From NCBI GenBank assembly GCA_035494535.1, contig DATJGZ010000082.1, positions 1 through 56,282 of the forward strand: a stretch of 56,282 bases of DNA, given 5' to 3'. Of this stretch, positions 1-8,198 are shown in pieces (the stretch's first letter is position 1; every line of letters starts with the position of its first letter). Both the position numbers and the translations under genes were made by a program. A model generated the notes under the pieces. It made no database searches. It was not told where the DNA came from and saw only the letters and a list, made by a program, of their open reading frames with translations. The DNA comes from Patescibacteria group bacterium. Its GTDB lineage: Bacteria; Pseudomonadota; Alphaproteobacteria; Micavibrionales; Micavibrionaceae.

Positions 1-1
1 C

Positions 2-523
2 CGGGACGCGAAATACGCGCTTGAGACCACCCCGACGATCGCCAGCCGCCTTAATCTGGCGCAGATATGCATGGCCAGGGGCGATTACGACGAGGTCATA
101 GCGGTGCTCGAGCCCGCGCTCACCGGCCAGTTTTCGCAGGATCCGTCGCTGCTCGAAGGGCTGGCCTTCGCGCATTTCTACAAACGCGACTACAAAAGCG
201 CCATGGGCTACATCCAGCGGATTTACGCGCATGAAGACGTCAAGCCGAAGGACTATGTGCGCCTGCTGCGCGCGCAGGTGCTTGAGGAGACCGGGGATCT
301 CGACGGGGCGCTGGCCGAACTCACCGACCTGGTGAAATTCTTCTCGGGCGAGCAGGCGCGCATCGAGCTTGCCGCCCTGTACGAAAAGATGCGTAACCAT
401 GAGAAAGCGCAGGAAATATACGTCGACATCGTCAACCGGGCAAAGCGCGCGCCGTCCTACTACCGGGAGCGCGAAAAGGAATGGATATCGGTTGCGGAGC
501 AGAGGCTGAGCGGCCGATCCTGA
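2..523 (+). CDS. TPR-like helical-repeat protein, 5' partial
   Basis: The frame is open from nt 2 (RDAKYALETTPTIASRLNLAQICMARGDY...), so the ATG at 71 is probably internal. Repeated helix pairs (GDYDEVIAVLEPAL, RDYKSAMGYIQRIY, GDLDGALAELTDLV, HEKAQEIYVDIV) look TPR-like. Confidence 0.6.
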   Translation, partial: RDAKYALETTPTIASRLNLAQICMARGDYDEVIAVLEPALTGQFSQDPSLLEGLAFAHFYKRDYKSAMGYIQRIYAHEDVKPKDYVRLLRAQVLEETGDLDGALAELTDLVKFFSGEQARIELAALYEKMRNHEKAQEIYVDIVNRAKRAPSYYREREKEWISVAEQRLSGRS

Positions 524-548
524 ACAATCCAAAAATAAAGGACACGCA

Positions 549-1028
549 ATGACAACGGCAAAGAACACGATCTGTCTCTGGTACGACAAGGATGCGGAGG
601 AAGCCGCGCGCTTCTATGCGGCAACCTTTCCCGACAGCAAGCTCGGCCGCATTTACCATGCGCCGGCCGACTACCCGTCCGGCAAGAAGGGCGATGTCCT
701 GATGGTCGAGTTCACCGTGGCGGGCATCCCGTGCATCGGGCTGAACGGCGGTCCGGATATTCAGCATAACCAGGCCTTTTCGTTCCAGATCGCCACCGAC
801 GACCAGGCGGAGACCGACCGCTACTGGAATGCGATCATCGGCAATGGCGGCGCGGCGAATGTGTGCGGCTGGTGCCAGGACAAATGGGGCGTCTCGTGGC
901 AGATCACGCCGCGCGTGCTGATGGAGGCGATGGCCGCGGGCGGCGAGGAGGCCCGGCGCGCCTTCGAGGCGATGATGGACATGACGAAGATCGACGTCGC
1001 CGCGATCAAAGCAGCCCGGCGCGGGTAA
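549..1028 (+). CDS. VOC (glyoxalase-fold) family protein, PhnB-like / 3-demethylubiquinone-9 3-methyltransferase-type domain
   Basis: 159 aa. CLWYDKDAEEAARFYAATF, GDVLMVEFTVAGIPCIGLNGGP, ETDRYWNAI and CGWCQDKWGVSWQI match this family from memory. Stop TAA at 1026-1028. Confidence 0.8.
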   Translation: MTTAKNTICLWYDKDAEEAARFYAATFPDSKLGRIYHAPADYPSGKKGDVLMVEFTVAGIPCIGLNGGPDIQHNQAFSFQIATDDQAETDRYWNAIIGNGGAANVCGWCQDKWGVSWQITPRVLMEAMAAGGEEARRAFEAMMDMTKIDVAAIKAARRG

Positions 1029-1050
1029 ATATGATAATGTTCTCTACGAA
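1029..1050 (+). promoter_or_regulatory. Island motif copy (degenerate): ATATGATAATGTTCTCTACGAA
   Basis: TATGATAAT-N5-CTACG begins on the first base after the VOC stop codon, at the left island edge. Confidence 0.45.
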
Positions 1051-1275
1051 AATTCAAAATGATACTGAAGGATGGAAATAAACAAAGAACTGGGTCCAGA
1101 ACTTTTAAAAAAAATCGCCATTAGACCAGAGCGTCAAATTTAATTGACATAAATATTCGTTTCATTCACCATTTAATTAAGAGCTCTGCATCAGGAGCCA
1201 ACCCAATCCATCTGAAATTAACTAAGCAAATATTTCTGCCGACTCTCAACAGCAAGAGACCAGGAGGAAATACTG

Positions 1276-2091
1276 ATGACAATCAATGCAACGAACGGCA
1301 GCCACGAGCACCCTAGATATAGGGCGCCCACAAGGATTCCTACCGAGCAGTATAAAAAATGGACGAGCTTCATCGACAAAAAGGCTCGGGCTTTACGCAA
1401 AGAATTGAAATGTGCTCAGGGCCATCTTGAAGCCATTCACCATGCGTCTTTCAACTGGGGAATATTGCCTCAATACCAAAAGATGAATCTTCTTACAGAT
1501 CTATCAACCGATTTCTGTAGGATACTCGGCCTATCGGATATAAGGCTGTTTTCTAAAAACTCGTGGTCTAGTTACAAAGCAGCATCCCTCCATTTCAAAC
1601 AGGATTACGTTGCAAATTTTGAGATTGCAGAACAGGGCTGTTACGTCTCATCCGAAGGGGACAACTTTTCCCCTATGGTCATTTTATATATGGATAACGA
1701 AATCCTGAACGATCTCGGATTGTTTCCAGTCGTATCTACTTTGGGCCACGAAATTGGGCATTACTGTTTGGACGTATATTACAGGTTGCTTAATGCTCCG
1801 AAACGCAATGACCCCATGGATCACCAAGCCTCGTCATATTTTAAAGGCGTAACAACCGATGTCAAAACACTGACTGATTATCTCGATGTCATGAATTTTC
1901 TTATCGAGGACGAAGTCCATATTTTGCGGAAGGCTAATCTGCTCGAGGAGATATATGCAGCGATTGCAAGGGAAGACTATGAGCATCACGAAACATTGAC
2001 GCGAAAATATCTGCGACTGCCTGACGAGCAGGGCGCCGATTATGTTGGCAAGTCTCTTTCAAAAACCATTCAATCTTTGCTTTGCGATTAG
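1276..2091 (+). CDS. Orphan HExxH protein (putative Zn-metallopeptidase, ImmA/IrrE-like motif context)
   Basis: Strong SD AGGAGGAAATACTG precedes the ATG. VVSTLGHEIGHYCLD contains HEIGH. No signal peptide. Confidence 0.7.
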   Translation: MTINATNGSHEHPRYRAPTRIPTEQYKKWTSFIDKKARALRKELKCAQGHLEAIHHASFNWGILPQYQKMNLLTDLSTDFCRILGLSDIRLFSKNSWSSYKAASLHFKQDYVANFEIAEQGCYVSSEGDNFSPMVILYMDNEILNDLGLFPVVSTLGHEIGHYCLDVYYRLLNAPKRNDPMDHQASSYFKGVTTDVKTLTDYLDVMNFLIEDEVHILRKANLLEEIYAAIAREDYEHHETLTRKYLRLPDEQGADYVGKSLSKTIQSLLCD

Positions 2092-2178
2092 TGGGACAGT
2101 CACTCGTTAAGCCACAGCAAATTTAAATCATATCTAGAGGCGAAGATGAGCCGGTCAAAAACGCCCGATAAGGAAACC

Positions 2179-2201
2179 AATGTGGTAATGTTCTGAAATG
2201 G
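2179..2201 (+). promoter_or_regulatory. Island motif copy: AATGTGGTAATGTTCTGAAATGG
   Basis: TGTGGTAAT lies 37 nt upstream of the ATG at 2227. The downstream TTAYG half is not conserved. Confidence 0.45.
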
Positions 2202-2226
2202 AAATTAACTCAGACAGGAGATAAAA

Positions 2227-2427
2227 ATGAAAAATATCATATTTGCGTTTATTGCCTGCACGGTAATTGCCGGATGTGGAAAGATCGGAGCCGGTGGTGC
2301 GGTAAATCAACTGATGGGCAATTGGGCCGAAGTGAAACTGCCCGCCGATTGCAAAGTTAAGCAGATAGCTGGCGAGGAAGAAAGCGGAGTAATTATTCTG
2401 TGTGAAGATGGGAGAGTATTCCATTAA
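2227..2427 (+). CDS. Small lipoprotein (66 aa)
   Basis: SD GGAGA is 5 nt upstream. MKNIIFAFIACTVIAGCG has a lipobox (IAGC). Confidence 0.55.
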   Translation: MKNIIFAFIACTVIAGCGKIGAGGAVNQLMGNWAEVKLPADCKVKQIAGEEESGVIILCEDGRVFH

Positions 2428-2490
2428 GTCAGGAAACCTCCCAGACCAAAATCAGCGGTAGCAGGACTAAAAACCCCATTTGCCCGCGCC

Positions 2491-2514
2491 GATGTGATAA
2501 TGGAAATTATGAAT
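2491..2514 (+). promoter_or_regulatory. Island motif copy: GATGTGATAATGGAAATTATGAAT
   Basis: TGTGATAAT (2493-2501), then N5, then TTATG. Upstream of the GTG start at 2591. Confidence 0.55.
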
Positions 2515-2521
2515 ACCGATT

Positions 2522-2532
2522 GATTATCACAT
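2522..2532 (-). promoter_or_regulatory. Inverted half-copy of the island motif (GATTATCACAT, reverse complement of ATGTGATAATC)
   Basis: ATTATCACAT (2523-2532) is the exact 10-nt inverted repeat of ATGTGATAAT at 2492-2501. Confidence 0.5.
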
Positions 2533-2590
2533 TATCTGCCCGCAAAATCTTCAGTAGAATTGCTTTTCTTCAGAGGGGAGGGGCCACAAG

Positions 2591-3145
2591 GTGAGGGAAG
2601 TCTTCGAAATACGTCATACTATCGGCCTGAGCCAAGTCCTCGCCTATGAAGAGGCGGCTCAAACTCATCCCTTATTTTTAGAGCTACTGCAAAAACAGAG
2701 AGCAAAAAGGAAATCGTTAGCTGCTAAAAGCTATTTTAAGCTTCTTGTAAAGCTAACGGTTTTGGTCGCCATATTCCTTTATAGCGTGAGGGACAGCGCC
2801 ATTTTTATGTGGAACGTCGTGTTCTCAGCGGTCTTAATAATCGGTATTTCAATCTGGTCGTTAATTGACGCTCGGAAATTTATTCGTGGAGAAAAGGGGC
2901 CTGACACAAAGCACGAGATCGCAACGACAATAAACTCCATCGGAATTAAGAACCGCGTCACAATTTCCGGGAAGGAAATATCGGAAGAATATCCCTGGAC
3001 GAGCGTGGATCAGTTCTTTGACACGAAAAATTATATTTTTATAAATAGAGGAGAAAAAATTGATTATTTATCCAAAGGCGCGTTCAAGGATCCAGGCGAA
3101 GTTGAAGAGTTTCTGGAACAAGCGAAAAATTGGCGACGCGCTTAG
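2591..3145 (+). CDS. YcxB-like membrane protein
   Basis: GTG start follows SD GGGGAGGGG. Two adjacent TM helices (LVKLTVLVAIFLYSV, NVVFSAVLIIGISIWSL) precede a C-terminal domain (YPWTSVDQFFDTKNYIFINRGEKIDYLSKGAF). This is the YcxB architecture from memory. Confidence 0.55.
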   Translation: MREVFEIRHTIGLSQVLAYEEAAQTHPLFLELLQKQRAKRKSLAAKSYFKLLVKLTVLVAIFLYSVRDSAIFMWNVVFSAVLIIGISIWSLIDARKFIRGEKGPDTKHEIATTINSIGIKNRVTISGKEISEEYPWTSVDQFFDTKNYIFINRGEKIDYLSKGAFKDPGEVEEFLEQAKNWRRA

Positions 3146-3151
3146 AAGTGG

Positions 3152-3177
3152 GATGTGATAATATCTTTTACGCAAAA
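3152..3177 (+). promoter_or_regulatory. Island motif copy: GATGTGATAATATCTTTTACGCAAAA
   Basis: Starts 6 nt after the stop codon at 3143-3145. TGTGATAAT at 3154-3162, N5, TTACG. 37 nt before the GTG at 3199. Confidence 0.6.
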
Positions 3178-3198
3178 TAATGGGTCAGGGTTGCTTTA

Positions 3199-3495
3199 GT
3201 GAACAAAATAAGATTGAACGGATGGTTTCTCACATTTGCAATCGCCCTTGCTCTCCTTGGCTACCTTTATATCGATTATCAGGAATACAAGCAGAAATAT
3301 TCTGCGGCCTCTGGGCGCTACAAAATCACTGTAACTGTTGAAACGCCCGAAGGGCTAAAGACTGGCTCCGCCGTGCGCGAGATATATGCCAAAAGTGGCG
3401 GGCCAACAATGCTCGCAGAAGCATCAAGCGGTCATGTTGACGCTACCGGAGAGGCAGTGGTCGTCGATCTAGGCAAGCGCGGACCTCGTCCATAG
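3199..3495 (+). CDS. Small N-terminally anchored hypothetical protein (98 aa), possibly truncated
   Basis: GTG start, TM helix WFLTFAIALALLGYLYI. The ORF ends abruptly (GKRGPRP*), followed by 110 nt of non-coding sequence. Confidence 0.4.
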   Translation: MNKIRLNGWFLTFAIALALLGYLYIDYQEYKQKYSAASGRYKITVTVETPEGLKTGSAVREIYAKSGGPTMLAEASSGHVDATGEAVVVDLGKRGPRP

Positions 3496-3608
3496 TCTGG
3501 AATTTTCCCCTCCATGGATAGCCCGGCAGTTTAGGTTGCGTCCTTCTCGCCATTCGCAAGAGCTTGCACAAAAACAAGCCGTTTGCAAATTGGCCCCGCA
3601 AGCCTGAA

Positions 3609-4412
3609 CTAGGGATTGATTTGTTCGCTTGATTTTAAGTTCAAATTCCAGGGAATCTTTTGCCAAGGACTATCGGGCTGATCGGAGAGCTGCTTAAAAA
3701 CAGCTTTTTCCTTGTCATCATCCTTCACGGAACGGGAGTAATTCCAAAATCTTCTACCAATAAGATAATCGCGGCCGAGATCCTGCCACGATGAGAAAAC
3801 TGATTGTAGATGCATACCCACTGCGTATATGCGAGCCCAAGCTTCGTCTTCCGATAAATATCCAACCAGGTAACCCCACCGGCACAGGCTCACATATCGG
3901 CCAAAATCCCACGCCTGTATGCTTTTAGTACCAAGTTCTCTATGAGCGCTGACAATATCGAGACGGTTTTTTGTTTCACGGAGTTGGGCCACCGCTTTTG
4001 GTCCGGCTTGCGCCATCGCATCAGCTTCGTTTTTGGAATAGTTATCAAGAAACTTTCTGATTTCCGGGCCATCAATATTTGCTGCGTATAAATTAAACAG
4101 ACCGCGATTTCCTCCCTGTTCTATCCAGCTTAACGCAGCTAAAAAATCCTCGCGGTCTTGGATGCCCCACCAAGCTGTCATCGATTGACGCGCATCAATA
4201 ATATTTTGTTCTGTAATTATATCGCCGCCTAATAAGTCGTGTCGCTTATGGTTCATCTCCGTCAGGATGGCGGAGGTGGCTAATAACCAATCCTTCTGCC
4301 CCTGAGTTAAATGAATTGACGATGTGAATGGTTGCTTGCTCGATTGTGCATGGACAATTGTTGACGGCACCGAAATAAATGTAAGAAATAAAACGATGAT
4401 CAGAAAACGCAT
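3609..4412 (-). CDS. DUF1266-like protein with signal peptide
   Basis: AWDFGRYVSLCRWGYLVGYLSEDEAWARI matches the DUF1266 signature from memory. I chose the ATG at 4412 (MRFLIIVLFLTFISVPSTIVHAQS, signal-peptide-like) over the ORF-track start at 4463. Confidence 0.7.
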   Translation of the reverse strand: MRFLIIVLFLTFISVPSTIVHAQSSKQPFTSSIHLTQGQKDWLLATSAILTEMNHKRHDLLGGDIITEQNIIDARQSMTAWWGIQDREDFLAALSWIEQGGNRGLFNLYAANIDGPEIRKFLDNYSKNEADAMAQAGPKAVAQLRETKNRLDIVSAHRELGTKSIQAWDFGRYVSLCRWGYLVGYLSEDEAWARIYAVGMHLQSVFSSWQDLGRDYLIGRRFWNYSRSVKDDDKEKAVFKQLSDQPDSPWQKIPWNLNLKSSEQINP

Positions 4413-4730
4413 CAGATCCCGCCAAATAAGTAATGAGCGAACTATGGTACCATAAATCCACAAAGTGAAATCTTTTGAAAGATCAAAACCAGGGCCTGTC
4501 CTTATGAATAATTTTGTGAGCTTGCACTTGCATTAATTTGCGCCTTAAACCCCGGACCGAAATATACAGTCTGAAATACGGTTATATTAACTCTTGGGAG
4601 GCACCAAAATATTCGAACACTTGATCAGTAAAGTAAACGGCAGTTGCCCAAATGTAAGGCCATCGGTAGCATAAATCATCGGTCAAATTGTTATCTTTCA
4701 CATCGCGTGGCAAATAGAGAATAGATCTCC

Positions 4731-7700
4731 ATGAATTCATTTAGACTCATCATTGCACTCGTATTGTTGATGGCGATGTCTTCTGCCCGCCCATCGTATG
4801 CAAATGATATCAAAGCTCCTCTGGTCAGCGGCCAAGCGGCCACAGGCAATATAACCGGCACAGGGGTTGATACTTATACCTTCAAGACCAAAAAAGGCGG
4901 TTCTTTCGTTATCACCGTCAGTTCTAACGATCCTCACAATGACAAATTTACTCCACAAATGGAAATTAGTGGGCCTGAAAATATTTATGAAGTCGGCATT
5001 GTGCCGGAACCGCATAGCTTTGCCAGAAAACTCGAATCCAAAGTTCCGGAGGGAGACTGGACAGTAAAGGTCACTGGCGGCATGAGCGACGGTGATAGTG
5101 CTGTATCCGGGGCATATGAACTGACACTTCTCCAAGTACCAGGGGCAGTCGGTAAAAAGCTTAAGTTCGGCCAGCAGTACAAGAACGACATTCATGGCGG
5201 AGTACTCGATGTATATACATTCAGCGGAACGCCGGGTGTCACGGTTGAGATAAATACTGATATCACGGGCGATAAAAGCTTCTTCTCTTCGACGATGATT
5301 TTTGATCCCGCTGGTGTCACCATCAGTGACGAAGGCGCCGCGATTGGCAGTATAGGATCAAACCTTACAATGACCGCCTACGGTGATTATACCTTGATGA
5401 TTGGAAGCCAGGATTCAGGCAACGCTCAGGGAGGCTACACCTTATCGATAAACCGTCACGAAGAGGGGGCGAGCGAGCAAGAGGCCTCTACTCAATCTTC
5501 TGCGCCTGCATCGCCGCCATCACCACCCGCTGCGACGGCTCCGCCGACGCCCCCGATTCCCCCGGCCATGACGGTGGCGCAGGTATTCGATAACCCTGCC
5601 GCATATACCATTTACAGCAGGCACGTATTTCCTATGGCATTTAACCCCACAATGTATACCTCAGGAGGGTTACTTCTGACCCTTAATCCGGATGACCTTG
5701 GCAATACTCAAGACAGGAAAATGGTTAGGCAGGGCAATTTGCTGGCTTTGCTATATACCGGAGACTCAGAATTCAGGATGTCGAAGAGGAGGGCTGTAAA
5801 CGATTACTGGATTAAAGCCGCGGATAATGGGAATACGGATGCCCGAAACAGGCTTGGGATTCTTTATAGTATGATGAATGATGACCAAGCGCAGAATTAT
5901 CCGGCGGCAGACTGGTACAAGCGCGCTGTGGAACAGGGCAAGCTTGATAGGCCCGTCAAGATCTCAAATCTTTATCATGGCACCGAGCACCCGCAGGATG
6001 ATGCCGAGATCGTAAAGCTCGCAACAGGTTATGCGGAAAAAGGCGTGCCCGAGGCGCAATATGTACTGGGTGTAGCGTATGAAGCCGGGCAAGGGGTCCA
6101 GCAGGACTATGAGATGGCCGAAAACTGGTATCGAAAGGCAGCATCTCAAAATAATCGTAATGCCGAGTACGCGCTTGGGAAATTATACGTGAACGGGCAC
6201 GGGATGCCGCTTCCCTTACAAGCCTCAAATCCGCTACCACCGGATCCTTATTATGAAGGAGTAAGATGGTTCAAAAAGGCAGCTAATCATGGGCTTGCGC
6301 AGGCACAATTTCAGCATGCTCTTATGTTCCTTTATGGCGACGGCGAGAATATTGATTTCTCCATGGCCAGAGCATCCTTTCAGAGCGCTGCACAACAGGG
6401 TCTAGCCCCCGCCCAGTTCAATATTGCTCTCATGTGCGCGACAGGATTGGGCGGAGATACTGACTATGCATGTGCGGCGAAATGGTACGAGCGTGCAGCA
6501 GCTCAGGGATTGATTCTGGCACAGAACAATCTCGGAGAATTATTCGAACACGGCGCAGGGGTAACTCAGGACTACGAGATAGCCGCCAAATGGTACCGCG
6601 CCGCCGCCGAAACAGGTTATCCGGTCGCTCAATACAATCTGGGGCGTCTGTACCGCGATGGCCGTGGTGTTTCGAAGGATACATCGCAAGCAATGTCACT
6701 CTTCGCCAAGTCGGCCGCAGAGGGCAATGTAGAGGCACTGGCTGAGCTCGATGAACTGAAGGCAGCGGCTGGAAATCCTCAAGCCCGTGGTGAGGAAATC
6801 ACCGTCCTGCGAGCGGCGTCAGCAAACGGTGATAACGATGCTTTATTAAAGCTTGTCACACTTTATCGCTCAGAGGGAATCATGGCGGATGATTACGACG
6901 ATGTGCTGGCGTTGTACCGCAAGGCAGCCGAGCAGGTAAATCCGATAGCTTTTGTCGCCCTCGGGGATCTCTTCGCAAAGAAGGAACCGCCCGACTATGC
7001 AGAGGCGTATTTCTGGTACCGGCTTGCGATTGTTTCTATCGATAAATGGCGTATTTTTTCCGATGAAAAAGAGGATTTAACGAAATATGCGGAGGACATC
7101 GCCGCGAGAATATCCGGAAATCTGATGCCCGAGCAGGTTGCGGTCGCACAATGGCGCATCGCCGATCGTAGTCCACCCGCACCGGATAAAGAGCAACTGG
7201 CAGGCGCCGAACTTTACATCAAGGGCAACGTGGCTGAACAGAAAGGAGACTACTACAGGGCCATGGAATATTATATGGAGGCGGACAGCGATGATGTGGC
7301 TCTCGCGGCAGAAGATCTTGGCCGGTTCTTCGAACACGGTCTGGGCGTCAATCGCAATATGGAGCGGGCCATCTATTATTTTAAAAGAGCTGTCAGGAAT
7401 GGCCGGATCGGGACAGCGACATGGATCGGCGATATATATCTCTACGGCATCGGCGTTCCGGTGGATATCAACGAGGCTGCAAAGTGGTATCAGATGGATG
7501 CCGACCGAGGCTGTGTTCGCGCCATCCAAACTCTTGGCTGGATATATCTGTTTGGTGGGAAGGGTGAAGAAGCAAAAGCCATCGAATTGTACGAGAAAAT
7601 GGCCGCGCGCGATTCCAGATTCAATGCCGATGCATATGATCCACTCGGTATGATCTATCTCTATGGAATAGGGGTGTCGAAGGATCCGAAAAAGGCGCTC

Positions 7701-8198
7701 AGCTGGTATCAAAAAGCGGGCGATTTACCCGGACAGATACAGGCGGCCTGGATCTTAACGAAATTCGAGCCGCATGACTATGGTCAGGCTTTGGAACGCT
7801 TGAGTCATGCCGAAGACCCGGTGATGTATAACGATGTGGGGTATCTATATGAACGCGGTCTTGCAAGCGGAAGGAACAACCTTATTCCCTCCGAATTGAC
7901 GCCGACCGCGATGGATTTTTATCAAATCGCCGCAAATATGTGTTACGGGCGTGCGATGTATCACATGGCGCGCCTTTACCAGAGCGGTGTGAACGACCCC
8001 ACGATCTCTGAAAAACCGATCCCGAAAGACCACGATAAGGCATTGAAGTGGATGAAAATGGCCGCTCATTATGGATCGGTGACCGCCGTTGAATGGTTGT
8101 ACGACGAGGACAAGAGCGATCCAAATCCGAAGGCATCTCTCGAGCCGGAGGTCCATTTCCCGGTGACAGCGTGCAAGCATCTGGAGGAGCTAAAATGA
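4731..8198 (+). CDS. Secreted giant Sel1-repeat protein (1155 aa): 2 PPC-like beta domains, Pro-rich linker, more than 12 Sel1 repeats
   Basis: Signal peptide MNSFRLIIALVLLMAMSSARPSYA. Two PPC-like modules end in GAYELTL and GGYTLSI. Linker is SAPASPPSPPAATAPPTPPIPP. Many A-x-Y-x-LG-x-x-Y-x-x-G-x-GV-x-x-D-x-x-x-A-x-x-WY-x-x-AA units. Confidence 0.9.
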   Translation: MNSFRLIIALVLLMAMSSARPSYANDIKAPLVSGQAATGNITGTGVDTYTFKTKKGGSFVITVSSNDPHNDKFTPQMEISGPENIYEVGIVPEPHSFARKLESKVPEGDWTVKVTGGMSDGDSAVSGAYELTLLQVPGAVGKKLKFGQQYKNDIHGGVLDVYTFSGTPGVTVEINTDITGDKSFFSSTMIFDPAGVTISDEGAAIGSIGSNLTMTAYGDYTLMIGSQDSGNAQGGYTLSINRHEEGASEQEASTQSSAPASPPSPPAATAPPTPPIPPAMTVAQVFDNPAAYTIYSRHVFPMAFNPTMYTSGGLLLTLNPDDLGNTQDRKMVRQGNLLALLYTGDSEFRMSKRRAVNDYWIKAADNGNTDARNRLGILYSMMNDDQAQNYPAADWYKRAVEQGKLDRPVKISNLYHGTEHPQDDAEIVKLATGYAEKGVPEAQYVLGVAYEAGQGVQQDYEMAENWYRKAASQNNRNAEYALGKLYVNGHGMPLPLQASNPLPPDPYYEGVRWFKKAANHGLAQAQFQHALMFLYGDGENIDFSMARASFQSAAQQGLAPAQFNIALMCATGLGGDTDYACAAKWYERAAAQGLILAQNNLGELFEHGAGVTQDYEIAAKWYRAAAETGYPVAQYNLGRLYRDGRGVSKDTSQAMSLFAKSAAEGNVEALAELDELKAAAGNPQARGEEITVLRAASANGDNDALLKLVTLYRSEGIMADDYDDVLALYRKAAEQVNPIAFVALGDLFAKKEPPDYAEAYFWYRLAIVSIDKWRIFSDEKEDLTKYAEDIAARISGNLMPEQVAVAQWRIADRSPPAPDKEQLAGAELYIKGNVAEQKGDYYRAMEYYMEADSDDVALAAEDLGRFFEHGLGVNRNMERAIYYFKRAVRNGRIGTATWIGDIYLYGIGVPVDINEAAKWYQMDADRGCVRAIQTLGWIYLFGGKGEEAKAIELYEKMAARDSRFNADAYDPLGMIYLYGIGVSKDPKKALSWYQKAGDLPGQIQAAWILTKFEPHDYGQALERLSHAEDPVMYNDVGYLYERGLASGRNNLIPSELTPTAMDFYQIAANMCYGRAMYHMARLYQSGVNDPTISEKPIPKDHDKALKWMKMAAHYGSVTAVEWLYDEDKSDPNPKASLEPEVHFPVTACKHLEELK

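Noticed and set aside
2491-2532. Reading the GATAAT-containing motif as a Fur box
   Set aside because: The Fur consensus is a 19-bp GATAATGATAATCATTATC array. The island motif has a single GATAAT hexamer followed by a conserved TTACG. Only one copy has an inverted partner, and at 21-nt rather than contiguous spacing. An extended -10 fits better.
5490-5575. Pro/Ala-rich DNA stretch as a possible non-coding repeat
   Set aside because: It lies in frame within the 1155-aa gene and encodes a PPxP linker between the PPC-like and Sel1 regions.
8093-8194. N-terminal extensions offered by the ORF track (also 18887-18979, 24755-24916, 25970-26077, 47689-47757, 50224-50457, 51985-52116, 4413-4463, 21118-21210)
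   Set aside because: Each extension overlaps the upstream gene or AT-rich non-coding DNA. In each case a downstream start gives a signal peptide, a conserved N-terminus, or a stop/start overlap with a good RBS.
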